Counted from the stretch's first letter, positions 17,867 to 26,536 are shown. The stretch: DNA of 35,087 nt from Rickettsiales bacterium (GCA_044225085.1 JBGAJE010000001.1:1-35087), one strand, 5' to 3'. Made by a program: numbers and translations. The notes: generated by a model not told the origin, from the letters alone.

Positions 17867-19015
17867 ATGGGCGGTAGTGCTCGGCACTCGCCCGGAAGCG
17901 ATCAAATGGCGCCCATTGTTTTTCGCGCGCGGCAGATGTCGCAAGTGAGTACATCACTTATTTCCACCGGGCAGCACCGGCATTTACTCGATCGGGCGTT
18001 GCGGGATTTTCATCTGACGCCGGATTATGATCTTAACGTCATGCAGCCCGATCAATCGCTGTCAGAATTGACGGGGCGTATTTTATCTGGCCTCGCTTCC
18101 ATTTTTGCGCGGGAAAAGCCGGATGCGGTGTTGGTGCAAGGTGATACCACCACGGCATTCTGCGGGGCGTTGGCTGCATTTTATGCGGGCGCTCCCGTTT
18201 ATCATATTGAGGCAGGGTTACGTAGCCATCGGATGGATGCTCCGTTTCCCGAAGAGGCCAATCGCTCTCTTATTAGCCGTTTGGCTAAATTGCATTTCGC
18301 GCCAACGCCAACGGCACAAACGAATTTACTGCGTGAGGGCATTGCAGCGAGTGCTATTCATGTCACCGGCAATACAGTGGTCGACGCGTTGCAATGGATG
18401 CAGGCACGGCTGCCGCAAATGTTTCCGGGCGATCCCGCATTGCTTAGCGGTGCGGCAGAAGTGGCAGAAGGTGCGCATCGGTTCATCCTTGTTACGGCCC
18501 ATCGGCGCGAGCATTTTGGGGAGGGCATTGCGCAGTTATGTGATGCGTTGCGTCAGCTTGCCCACGCATTCCCTGATGTGCATTTGTTGTTTCCTGTGCA
18601 CTGCAATCCCCATGTGGTGCGGCCGGTGCAGACATTGCTTTCAGGGCATAAAAATATTCATCTTCTTCCACCACTCGATTACGCGCCCTTTGTGTGGTTA
18701 ATGCAGCGGTGTCACTTCATTATTACCGATTCGGGCGGTATTCAGGAGGAGGCGGCGACACTTAGCAAGCCGCTTATCATCACACGTACGGTGACAGAAC
18801 GCGCAGAAGCAGTTACCGCTCAATCCGCCGTGCTAACGGGTGCCGATGCTGCGAGTATTCTTGCTTGCGCTCGCCGATTGCTTACGGATGCCGCCTTCTA
18901 CCGTACTATGGCGAAAGGGCGCGTCACCTATGGTGACGGTCGTGCTGCTGCACGCATTGTGCAGGCGATAGAGTCGGATCTTGCCGGTGAAGCTATGCGC
19001 GAGGTTGCTCTATGA
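17867..19015 (+). CDS. wecB: UDP-N-acetylglucosamine 2-epimerase (non-hydrolysing, WecB/MnaA), with an apparent frame disruption at the N-terminus
   Basis: Body matches WecB (PDYDLNVMQP, VLVQGDTTT, HIEAGLRS, FPEEANR, VTGNTVVDAL). The conserved N-terminal VVLGTRPEAIK is encoded at 17871-17906 in a different frame from the main ORF. See findings. Confidence 0.75.
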   Translation: MGGSARHSPGSDQMAPIVFRARQMSQVSTSLISTGQHRHLLDRALRDFHLTPDYDLNVMQPDQSLSELTGRILSGLASIFAREKPDAVLVQGDTTTAFCGALAAFYAGAPVYHIEAGLRSHRMDAPFPEEANRSLISRLAKLHFAPTPTAQTNLLREGIAASAIHVTGNTVVDALQWMQARLPQMFPGDPALLSGAAEVAEGAHRFILVTAHRREHFGEGIAQLCDALRQLAHAFPDVHLLFPVHCNPHVVRPVQTLLSGHKNIHLLPPLDYAPFVWLMQRCHFIITDSGGIQEEAATLSKPLIITRTVTERAEAVTAQSAVLTGADAASILACARRLLTDAAFYRTMAKGRVTYGDGRAAARIVQAIESDLAGEAMREVAL

Positions 19016-20496
19016 GCAGCGCGTTGAAAGCCTCCATTGCTGCCGCTGAAATGGCACCCAACAACAATGCACCGATGGCGCGCGTGCTTACTCACGCTGC
19101 CCCGACCGTCGATCCGCTTGGTTATATGGCGATTGCCGATCAGGTAATCTTACTTGGCACCGGCGTTATTTGTTACGCCATGCTCGCGCATTCCGTGCAT
19201 TTGCCTCTTTCGATGATAGGGGCGATGGCAGTCGGCTCTATCATGTTTGCGCTGAGTGCCTATTCGCGCAATCTCTATAGTTATTTCCGGATGGAAAATG
19301 TCATCCGCCAATTCATGCCGTTTGGATTTGCGTGTTTCCAATTCATGATGGCGGTGAGTGCGGCACTGTTTTTAATGCCGCCGTTTGCATTCGCCAAGCC
19401 ATGGGCGTTGTCGTGGTTTGTTATCAGCGCGCTTACGATGGCGGTGCTGCGCGGTAATTTTTGGTTTTCGTTGGAGCATTTGCTGCGTTTGGGGGTTTAT
19501 GCGCGTAAAATTATCCTCGTCGGCACCAGCGAAAAAGCTGGACCAATGATGCAGCATTTTATGCAACATGAGGGACTTTATCACATCGTCGGTTTGTTCG
19601 TGATGGATGCGGCTAACCCAGGAACGCATACGCCTTCTCATATACCTCATCCGGCGAGAATTCCTGAACTTTCTTCTTTCGACGCGCTCACGCGCCTTTG
19701 TCGCGATGCACAGGTGGATGATGTCATTATCACTCCCGAACTTGAACATCATCCAGAAGCAGAGAAGGTGCTAAAAACCCTCGAAGCGTTGCCGTGCAGT
19801 ATTAAATATTGCATTCCGGGTAGTTTTTTTAACCGGCCGCTCGCGCGGGTGGAGCTTATTAGCCATATCCCCGTCGTGACGATTTTTCAGCGGCCGTTGC
19901 GCGGCACGGCGCTTATTATCAAACGTGGCGAAGATATCATTCTTTCATCTCTTGCCCTATGCCTTGCGATTCCGGTGATGCTGGTTATTGCACTGTTTGT
20001 CGCACTCGATGGGCAGGGCCATATTTTGTTCCGCCAAAAACGCCATGGCTTTGGCGGGCGCGAATTCGATATTTATAAGTTCCGCAGTATGCGCGTGCAT
20101 CAGGCGTCGGAGCATGAAGTGGTACAGGCTGCGCGCGACGATATGCGCGTCACGTGGATCGGCAAGATACTGCGCCGGACAAGTATGGACGAGTTGCCGC
20201 AGCTTTTTAACGTGCTCAAAGGCGATATGTCACTGGTCGGTCCGCGGCCGCATGCGGTGGTGCATAACTACCATTATAAGGAGCTCATTAATGGTTATGT
20301 GGCGCGCCAGCGCATTAAGCCGGGAATGACGGGATGGGCGCAAATCAACGGTTGGCGCGGGAAACGGACACTTGAGAAAATGCGCAAGCGTGTGGAGCAT
20401 GATCTTTATTATGTCGAGAATTGGTCGCTTTGGTTTGATATTAAAATTATTATTCTGACGCTGGTGACACTCTTCCGCCAACCGAATGCATACTGA
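19012..20496 (+). CDS. polyprenyl-phosphate hexose-1-phosphate transferase (WbaP/WcaJ-type priming sugar transferase)
   Basis: 494 aa: N-terminal TM block, then the bacterial sugar transferase domain with DELPQLFNVLKGDMSLVGPRP. ATGA coupling with wecB. Confidence 0.92.
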   Translation: MSSALKASIAAAEMAPNNNAPMARVLTHAAPTVDPLGYMAIADQVILLGTGVICYAMLAHSVHLPLSMIGAMAVGSIMFALSAYSRNLYSYFRMENVIRQFMPFGFACFQFMMAVSAALFLMPPFAFAKPWALSWFVISALTMAVLRGNFWFSLEHLLRLGVYARKIILVGTSEKAGPMMQHFMQHEGLYHIVGLFVMDAANPGTHTPSHIPHPARIPELSSFDALTRLCRDAQVDDVIITPELEHHPEAEKVLKTLEALPCSIKYCIPGSFFNRPLARVELISHIPVVTIFQRPLRGTALIIKRGEDIILSSLALCLAIPVMLVIALFVALDGQGHILFRQKRHGFGGREFDIYKFRSMRVHQASEHEVVQAARDDMRVTWIGKILRRTSMDELPQLFNVLKGDMSLVGPRPHAVVHNYHYKELINGYVARQRIKPGMTGWAQINGWRGKRTLEKMRKRVEHDLYYVENWSLWFDIKIIILTLVTLFRQPNAY

Positions 20497-21545
20497 TGCG
20501 GATTATTCACGTGTATCACAGCTATGCGCCGTTCAGCCAAGGGGGAGGGGTGGAACGTTATATTCATCACCTTGCTAGCACGGCGGTGGCGGCGGGTCAT
20601 GAAGTGCGTGTAGTAGCGCAGCGCGGCGATGCGATGGGGCTTCCTTACCCGCTAGTGATTGCATCGGGTTCGGCGATTGTGCGAGAAATTGCGACGGCCG
20701 ATTGTGTTCACTTGCATGGTCCGCGCGGCGCCTATGCGGCATGGGTTGGGCTGATCGCGTGGCGCTTGCGCAAGCCATATTTTTACACAATTCACTGTTT
20801 TTATCGTGGAAAAAACGCTGCACAGATGCTGCAAAAATTTTTATGGGATCATCTTGTCGAACGATGGTTGATGTGGCGATCGCGGCGGGTGATTGTGCTA
20901 TCGGATTATTGGCGGACTTATATTGCAGCACGAGGTTTGCCTACGCGCTCGATTATTGTACTGCCGAATGGGGTAGATGTTGCGACATTACGTGCGCAGC
21001 AGCCGCCACCACTAATGCTGGTTGGAGAGCCAGCGATTCTCTCTGTCAGTCGGCTTGATCCGGTCAAGCGGTTGGAAGATGTAATCGCGGCGCTTGCGCA
21101 GCCTTCGCTTGCAGCGGCGCATCTGCATCTGGTAGGGCGCGGAGAGGACGAGGCCCGATTGCGGACAGTGGCGGCCTCGTTTGCTGTGGCAACACGGGTG
21201 ACGTTTCACGGGTTTCAATCCGACGCGCAGATCGCGGCGATGGCGCGTGCGGCGCATGTGTTTGTGATCGCGTCGGCGGAAGAGGGGATGCCGACGACGA
21301 TTCTTGAAATGCTCGCGCGCGGCGTGCCGGTGGTGGCGTCGGCGATCCCCGGAAATCTCTCACTCACTGAGCCGTTGGAGTGGGATTATACCTATCCGCT
21401 CGGAGATGTGGCGGCATTGGCACTGTGTGTCGCACAGGGGAGCAAAGTGCGAGTTTCCGAAGCGGTGATTGCGGCGCTGACAGCGCGATTTGATTGGTCA
21501 CATATCGGCCGCGCGGTGATTGCCCTTTATGCGGAGGGGCGATGA
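20496..21545 (+). CDS. glycosyltransferase, GT4 (GT-B, retaining) family
   Basis: MRIIHVYHSYAPFSQGGGVERY N-terminus and the C-terminal motif EEGMPTTILEMLARGVPVV (E-x7-E). Confidence 0.85.
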   Translation: MRIIHVYHSYAPFSQGGGVERYIHHLASTAVAAGHEVRVVAQRGDAMGLPYPLVIASGSAIVREIATADCVHLHGPRGAYAAWVGLIAWRLRKPYFYTIHCFYRGKNAAQMLQKFLWDHLVERWLMWRSRRVIVLSDYWRTYIAARGLPTRSIIVLPNGVDVATLRAQQPPPLMLVGEPAILSVSRLDPVKRLEDVIAALAQPSLAAAHLHLVGRGEDEARLRTVAASFAVATRVTFHGFQSDAQIAAMARAAHVFVIASAEEGMPTTILEMLARGVPVVASAIPGNLSLTEPLEWDYTYPLGDVAALALCVAQGSKVRVSEAVIAALTARFDWSHIGRAVIALYAEGR

Positions 21546-23020
21546 CATCCGCGCGCCAATCGTTTTTGGGGTGTCCGGTCGATGCGGTATCGCACGAGGA
21601 AATTTTGGCGCGGGCGCGTACGGCACTGTTGCAGCATGGACGATTGATTATTGAGGGGTTGAACGTCGCCAAGCTTGTCGTGGCGCGGCGCGACCCGGCA
21701 TTGATGGAAGCGCTCACGGCGGCGGATGTCGTGCATGTCGATGGTGCGGGTATTGCGTTTGGAGCGCGGCTGCTTGGGCAACCATTGCCACGGCGGCGGG
21801 CGGGGATTGATGTGATGGATGATTTGCTGCGGCTTTGTGCGGCGGAGGGGAAGCGGGCGTTCTTGCTGGGCGCAACCGCGGAGATCGTTGCGCAGACGGC
21901 GCAGCGGATGCAGGCGCAACATCCCGGATTGATGATTGCGGGTTGCCATCACGGATATTTTGCAGAAGCGGAAGCGGCAGCTATCGCGCGACAGACCGCC
22001 GCGAGTGGTGCGGCATTGCTGCTGGTTGGGATGAGTTCACCCAAAAAGGAAATGTTTCTGCAACGTTATATGCAGGCTTGTGGGGTGCAGGTGGCGATGG
22101 GGGTCGGCGGTGCGTTTGATGTGGTGGCGGGCGTGGTGGTTCGTGCTCCGCTATGGATGCAGCGGGTGGGGTTTGAGTGGGTATTCCGTTTGCTGCAGGA
22201 GCCACGGCGATTGGCAGGGCGGTATGTAAAAACGAACTCTATCTTTGCATGGTTACTGCTGCAGCAAATGGCTACAAAATGCTGCGGTATAATACGACAC
22301 CGTGCCGTTTTGCCTTGGCCAAAATTTCTTGATCGACTGCAGCAAATTCATGGGTTTGAGGCAGCCATTTGTCGGCATGAGATTTATTTTTTGCATTATA
22401 AACGTTGGATGCGGGTGCGGGCGGTGGCAGCTATGGCACGAGATATTGCCTTGCTTTATGTGGCACCATTTTTTGCATCTGTGCCGGCCGTGGATGCGGC
22501 GTGTTATGCAGTAGTTACGCTTGATGGCGCATCAGGTTATGAGACGGTCAAACGGGCAATGGCGGCGCTGCCGTCCCATATAACATGCGCGGTTGTGACG
22601 CATCCACGGGTGAAGTCGGCGGCGCTTTGTCCTGCGCGACCGGTAGGAAGAGCGCTGGTGGATGCGTTGCGAAAGGCAATGCAACGGCTTTTGTTGCCGC
22701 GTGGGGAGTTAAGCCGGGTGGTGGTAGCAAGTTGCGTATTGCGCAGTGTGGTGTGGCAAGCATCGTGGCAGCGGTTTTATACGCAGCATCCGGCGATGCG
22801 CTGGTGCGTGTTGCACAATGATTTCGATATGATGAGTAGCGCAGCGGTGGCGGCGCTTTCGCCATATGTCACTACGATCTGTGTGCAGCACGGTATTCCG
22901 ACGGACGAGTTTTCCCGACACGCGCAGCGATGCAAATTGTGTGGGGTGGAAGTAGCCAGGACGTTTATATGCAGTACGGAACCACGTCTATTACAATGGA
23001 TGCGCTGGGGCGAGGTGTAG
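21542..23020 (+). CDS. WecG/TagA/CpsF-family (GT26) glycosyltransferase fused to a C-terminal domain of unknown family
   Basis: ATG 21542 (ATGA coupling). GT26 hallmarks PKKEMF, GVGGAFDVVAG and RAPLWMQRVGFEWVFRLLQEPRRLAGRY occur within the first ~245 aa. About 250 further in-frame residues are unassigned. The ORF overlaps the next ORF by 91 nt. Confidence 0.8.
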   Translation: MTSARQSFLGCPVDAVSHEEILARARTALLQHGRLIIEGLNVAKLVVARRDPALMEALTAADVVHVDGAGIAFGARLLGQPLPRRRAGIDVMDDLLRLCAAEGKRAFLLGATAEIVAQTAQRMQAQHPGLMIAGCHHGYFAEAEAAAIARQTAASGAALLLVGMSSPKKEMFLQRYMQACGVQVAMGVGGAFDVVAGVVVRAPLWMQRVGFEWVFRLLQEPRRLAGRYVKTNSIFAWLLLQQMATKCCGIIRHRAVLPWPKFLDRLQQIHGFEAAICRHEIYFLHYKRWMRVRAVAAMARDIALLYVAPFFASVPAVDAACYAVVTLDGASGYETVKRAMAALPSHITCAVVTHPRVKSAALCPARPVGRALVDALRKAMQRLLLPRGELSRVVVASCVLRSVVWQASWQRFYTQHPAMRWCVLHNDFDMMSSAAVAALSPYVTTICVQHGIPTDEFSRHAQRCKLCGVEVARTFICSTEPRLLQWMRWGEV

Positions 23021-23559
23021 CGGCGGCGGCAACAACGGAAGCGCCACAGAAGCTGCAGGTGATCTCGCAAACGCATACGCCAGTTTACGGGATCGATTTG
23101 AAGCCGAGGTTTGAAGAGTTGGCCGAGGTGCTTGCTTCACAAATGGGGCAAGGAATGCTGCAAATTTTGCTGCACCCAGGGGAGGTGGGAAATGGCGGCG
23201 TTTACCGCCATATTGATGCATCGCTTATTGCACCACCGCCACATGATATATTACGAGTAGCATCACCCCTATGTTTAGTGGTTGGGTTTATCTCGACGGC
23301 GCTGCTCGAGGCAGCCTGTGCTGGGCACTATGTGGTGGGAATGGATTGGCTGGCGACGGCGAGTATGGGGGCGCAACAGGTTGGTGCGCCGCCGGTGCGG
23401 GTGCATGATGCGGCAGGGGCGCTTGCTTTGTGGGGGCGTTTGCGGGAAAGTGCGGAGGCGCGCACGCAGCATATGGCCGCTCAACGCGCATGGTTGACGA
23501 GAACGTTTACAGCGTCCGGCGCGTTTCGGGCCATGTTTGATAAATCGGCGATGAGGTGA
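22930..23559 (+). CDS. hypothetical protein; probably the frameshifted continuation of 21542..23020 (GT-B-like C-terminal half)
   Basis: 209-aa ORF whose end is coupled to the next gene (TGATG at 23557-23561). It contains PLCLVVGFISTALLEAACAGHYVV, a GT-B C-domain-like string. Whether it starts independently at ATG 22930, 22969 or 22996 is uncertain. Confidence 0.55.
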   Translation: MQIVWGGSSQDVYMQYGTTSITMDALGRGVAAAATTEAPQKLQVISQTHTPVYGIDLKPRFEELAEVLASQMGQGMLQILLHPGEVGNGGVYRHIDASLIAPPPHDILRVASPLCLVVGFISTALLEAACAGHYVVGMDWLATASMGAQQVGAPPVRVHDAAGALALWGRLRESAEARTQHMAAQRAWLTRTFTASGAFRAMFDKSAMR

Positions 23560-24878
23560 TGGTGCAGGCTCCCGCATTTCGAGTAACACAGTGGCTGTTT
23601 TTCTCGGTCGTGTTGCTGTTCCCGGTGCTCGATTTGCTGGGGGCGTATCTTTATCACATAAGTGGGTTCGCGGCTATTGGCGCGATTCGCTATTACCGCG
23701 ATGGCGTGTGTTTGATGTTAGCGACGTTCGGGTTTTGCAATCGGCATTTGCCTTATCAAGTGCGGCTTTCGGCGGGATGTTATGTTGCGATGATCGCCAT
23801 GTATAGTTTGGCGAGTGTGTTGATCGGCCATGTGCCAGTGGGGCTGATTGTGAATTCACTTGGCACGTTGATTATTCCGGTGAGTTTAACGCTGGCGAGT
23901 TTCGCGGCGATTCGCGAGGCGCAGCATATGCGGTGGTTGGTGACGATATTGACGGCATATGGCGTGGCATCGGCGTTGTTTGGCATATGGGAAGTGCAGC
24001 ATACGACGTTTTGGACGGAAACCGTCGAGCTTGGTGATTATATGCGCGCGGTGAAGCATATCGAAAGCGGGTTCCAGCCGGATGTGCCATTACCATGGAA
24101 CTTCGTCGGCTATCAGGGGGTACGGCGGGCGGCGGGGTTGCTTGCGGCGCCGCTAGCGCAGGGGTTTTTTCTCGCGGTGGTGGGATTGGTGGCGTTTGCC
24201 TATTTGCGTGGGCGATCCCTAATGATGGCGGCGCTGGTAATGCTGCTGTGTTTTTATGGTGTGCAGATGAGTGGCACGCGGGGCGCATTGCTTGCAGTGG
24301 CAATGGGGGCAGGGCTTTATTTTCTCTATCCGCGGCCGAGTTTGGCGGGGCGGGTGAATAATGCGCTAATGGGGGCGGGACTTGTGTTGGTGACACTGCC
24401 GGCGGTGCTGCATCATTTTCTCTATACGGTGAAGCTTGAGGATCGCTCAACGGCGGGGCATATCAGCGCGCTGGCGGAGAATATACATCAGCTTTCGGAT
24501 GTGGTGTTGCTGGGGTTTGGCGTCGGCGCGGCAGGTGCGCAGGCCTCTGCCGTGCAGCAGGCAACGCAAGGCGGCGGTGAGGGGGCATTCTTCTCGATCG
24601 CCTATCAGCTTGGTATTCCCGGCGCGTGTTTCTTTTTATGGTTTCTTGGGCGGTTATTTTTGGAGTTATTCAGCTTGCGGCGGCGAGGGGGGATAAGCGG
24701 GGAAATCGCACGTGCCTTGGCGTTTTTGTTCCTTGGTGTGGCGGCGAGCATGTTTACGTCAGAACATATTTTGACCTTCTCGGGCATGGGGGCGTTTTGG
24801 TTTTTGGTGGGCGGATATTTGGGTTATGCGCGGCGAAATCCTCCGTCTGCCCCCGAAGTGGTTGCTTCCCCCGCATAA
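23556..24878 (+). CDS. O-antigen ligase/polymerase family membrane protein (Wzy-like)
   Basis: 440 aa with about 10-12 TM segments and a central MSGTRGALLAVAMG string typical of the Wzy_C/O-antigen ligase family. Start is GTG 23556 or ATG 23559. Confidence 0.65.
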   Translation: MMVQAPAFRVTQWLFFSVVLLFPVLDLLGAYLYHISGFAAIGAIRYYRDGVCLMLATFGFCNRHLPYQVRLSAGCYVAMIAMYSLASVLIGHVPVGLIVNSLGTLIIPVSLTLASFAAIREAQHMRWLVTILTAYGVASALFGIWEVQHTTFWTETVELGDYMRAVKHIESGFQPDVPLPWNFVGYQGVRRAAGLLAAPLAQGFFLAVVGLVAFAYLRGRSLMMAALVMLLCFYGVQMSGTRGALLAVAMGAGLYFLYPRPSLAGRVNNALMGAGLVLVTLPAVLHHFLYTVKLEDRSTAGHISALAENIHQLSDVVLLGFGVGAAGAQASAVQQATQGGGEGAFFSIAYQLGIPGACFFLWFLGRLFLELFSLRRRGGISGEIARALAFLFLGVAASMFTSEHILTFSGMGAFWFLVGGYLGYARRNPPSAPEVVASPA

Positions 24879-24898
24879 TCTGCTAAAAACCCCGGCGC

Positions 24899-24972
24899 GC
24901 GGGTGTAGTTCAATGGTAGAACGAAAGCTTCCCAAGCTTTAGGCCAGGGTTCGATTCCCTGTACCCGCTCCA
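24899..24972 (+). tRNA. tRNA-Gly (anticodon CCC)
   Basis: Hand-folded cloverleaf. Acceptor GCGGGTG/TACCCGC, D-arm GTTC-AATGGTA-GAAC, anticodon arm AAAGC-TTCCCAA-GCTTT, T-arm AGGGT-TCGATTC-CCTGT (one mispaired position), and encoded CCA. Confidence 0.93.
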
Positions 24973-24988
24973 TCTCTTGAGGGTTTGC

Positions 24989-25282
24989 ATGATCAACCTC
25001 TGGTACTACCTTCTCGTCATTAATCTTCTTACTTTCGCTATGTATTGGCAGGATAAACGCGCGTCGCGCCGCAAAGGCTGGCGGGTGTCGGAATATATGT
25101 TGCTGCTGGTGGGTTTCCTTGGGGGCAGCCCCGCAGCGTTGGTCGCTCAACAAACTCTCCGTCACAAAACCAAGAAGCGTAGTTTTCAGTTCAAATTTTG
25201 GGCTTTAGTGGTGGCCCAAATCGCCCTTGTTTTCTTTCCGCCCGCGATGTTACGGGCCATTTTTTCGCGCCTATTCGCCTAG
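24989..25282 (+). CDS. DUF1294 domain membrane protein
   Basis: YWQDKRASRRKGWRVSE...GGSPAALVAQQTLRHKTKK is the typical DUF1294 signature. ATG 24989 is preferred over the TTG 24977 start used by the track. Confidence 0.8.
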   Translation: MINLWYYLLVINLLTFAMYWQDKRASRRKGWRVSEYMLLLVGFLGGSPAALVAQQTLRHKTKKRSFQFKFWALVVAQIALVFFPPAMLRAIFSRLFA

Positions 25283-25411
25283 GAACCGCACAAATCTGCC
25301 ACATCGGCAAAATCAAGCACTATGTTTGGTGCGGTTGCACAGTAACATGCTTCTAATCGCTTGGTTTTTCTGCCATAGTGAAGGCTGAAAACCGAGTCAT
25401 CTGGAGCCATT

Positions 25412-26536
25412 ATGTCCTCTGCCGTCATCGTCGGTTATTTGCGTTCTCCCTTCACCCCGGCCCATAAAGGCGCGCTTGCTGGCACGCGGCCGGATGATTT
25501 GGCCGCGACCGTTATCCAAGCCCTCCTCGCCAAAACCGGCGTGAAGCCCGACGATATCGAAGATGTCATCCTCGGCTGCGCCTTCCCCGAGGGTGAGCAG
25601 GGCTTCAACATGGCGCGTATGGTAGCACTACTCGCGGGCCTACCGATTACCGTTGCGGGTGTCACCGTCAACCGCTGGTGTGGTTCGAGCATGGAGGCGA
25701 TCCACATCGCCGCGGGCAACATTGCCACCGGCAAAGGCGAGGTGTTTATTGCGGCAGGCGTCGAATCCATGACCCGCATCCCCATGGGCGGCTACAATCC
25801 GCTGCCGAACCCCGTGCTGTTTAAAACCCTGCCGGATGCCTATGTCAGCATGGGTATCACGGCTGAGAACGTGGCCAAGCAATGCCATGTCGACCGTAAA
25901 ACGCAGGAAGATTTCGCACTCGCCTCCCACCGCAAAGCCGCCGCCGCCGATATGTCCGGTGAAATCGTACCCATCACTACCAAAGCTGGTGTGGTCAATA
26001 AGGATGGCACCATTCGCGCTAATTCCACGCTGGAAGATCTGGCGAAACTGAGTCCGGTGTTTGATGTGTATGGTACCGTCACCGCCGGCACTTCCTCACC
26101 GCTGACCGACGGCGCCGCCGCTGTGCTCGTCGTCAGCGAAGCCTACGCCAAAAAACACAAACTCCCGATCCTCGCCAAAATCAAATCCATGGCCGTGACC
26201 GGGCTCGACCCCGCCGTCATGGGCCTTGGTCCCATCAGCGCCAGCAAAAAAGCGCTCGATCGCGCGGGGCTGACGATCAAAGACATCGACGTGATGGAAA
26301 TCAACGAAGCCTTCTCTGCCCAATCCATCCCCTGCATCGCCCAGATCGGCGCGCCGATGGAGAAGGTGAACATCGAAGGCGGCGCGATTGCACTTGGCCA
26401 CCCGCTCGGCGCTTCCGGCGCGCGCATCACCGGCAAAGCTGCGCTGTTGCTCAGCCGCGGCAAGGGCAAATATGCGCTGGCGACTGCCTGCATCGGCGGC
26501 GGCATGGGCATCGCGACTGTGCTGGAGCGCGCGTAA
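25412..26536 (+). CDS. fadA: acetyl-CoA C-acyltransferase (3-ketoacyl-CoA thiolase)
   Basis: NRWCGSSMEAI (nucleophilic Cys), NEAFSAQ, GHPLGASGAR and CIGGGMG thiolase signatures. Confidence 0.92.
   Translation: MSSAVIVGYLRSPFTPAHKGALAGTRPDDLAATVIQALLAKTGVKPDDIEDVILGCAFPEGEQGFNMARMVALLAGLPITVAGVTVNRWCGSSMEAIHIAAGNIATGKGEVFIAAGVESMTRIPMGGYNPLPNPVLFKTLPDAYVSMGITAENVAKQCHVDRKTQEDFALASHRKAAAADMSGEIVPITTKAGVVNKDGTIRANSTLEDLAKLSPVFDVYGTVTAGTSSPLTDGAAAVLVVSEAYAKKHKLPILAKIKSMAVTGLDPAVMGLGPISASKKALDRAGLTIKDIDVMEINEAFSAQSIPCIAQIGAPMEKVNIEGGAIALGHPLGASGARITGKAALLLSRGKGKYALATACIGGGMGIATVLERA

Noticed and set aside
17869-17876. GGCGGTAG, identical to the 8-nt core of the RfaH-dependent ops element, at the start of the polysaccharide operon
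   Set aside because: An 8-mer is expected roughly once by chance in a window this size on two strands. Here it is produced by the codons for Ala-Val-Val of the conserved WecB N-terminus, and the following bases differ from the 12-nt ops consensus. RfaH/ops is characterised mainly in gammaproteobacteria. It is worth re-examining only if a NusG paralog exists in the genome.
17904-17909. Programmed -1 ribosomal frameshift as the explanation for the wecB frame change
   Set aside because: There is no X-XXY-YYZ slippery heptamer (context is ATC-AAA-TGG) and no obvious downstream pseudoknot or hairpin. The A3 run is too short for transcriptional slippage.
17489-17957. 151-aa and 120-aa minus-strand ORFs in the wza-wecB intergenic region
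   Set aside because: The sequences are not protein-like (Cys/His/Trp/Arg-rich, no hydrophobic periodicity). There is no Shine-Dalgarno, and they overlap the wecB 5' end. The region is better explained as an AT-rich divergent promoter/leader.
24824-25165. 113-aa minus-strand ORF spanning the tRNA-Gly gene
   Set aside because: It overlaps a well-folded tRNA and the DUF1294 gene on the opposite strand, so it is a spurious ORF.
25284-25336. 8-bp inverted repeat AACCGCAC...GTGCGGTT upstream of the thiolase gene, as an operator or terminator
   Set aside because: The 37-nt loop and short stem make a terminator unlikely. With only a single occurrence there is no basis to call a regulator site.
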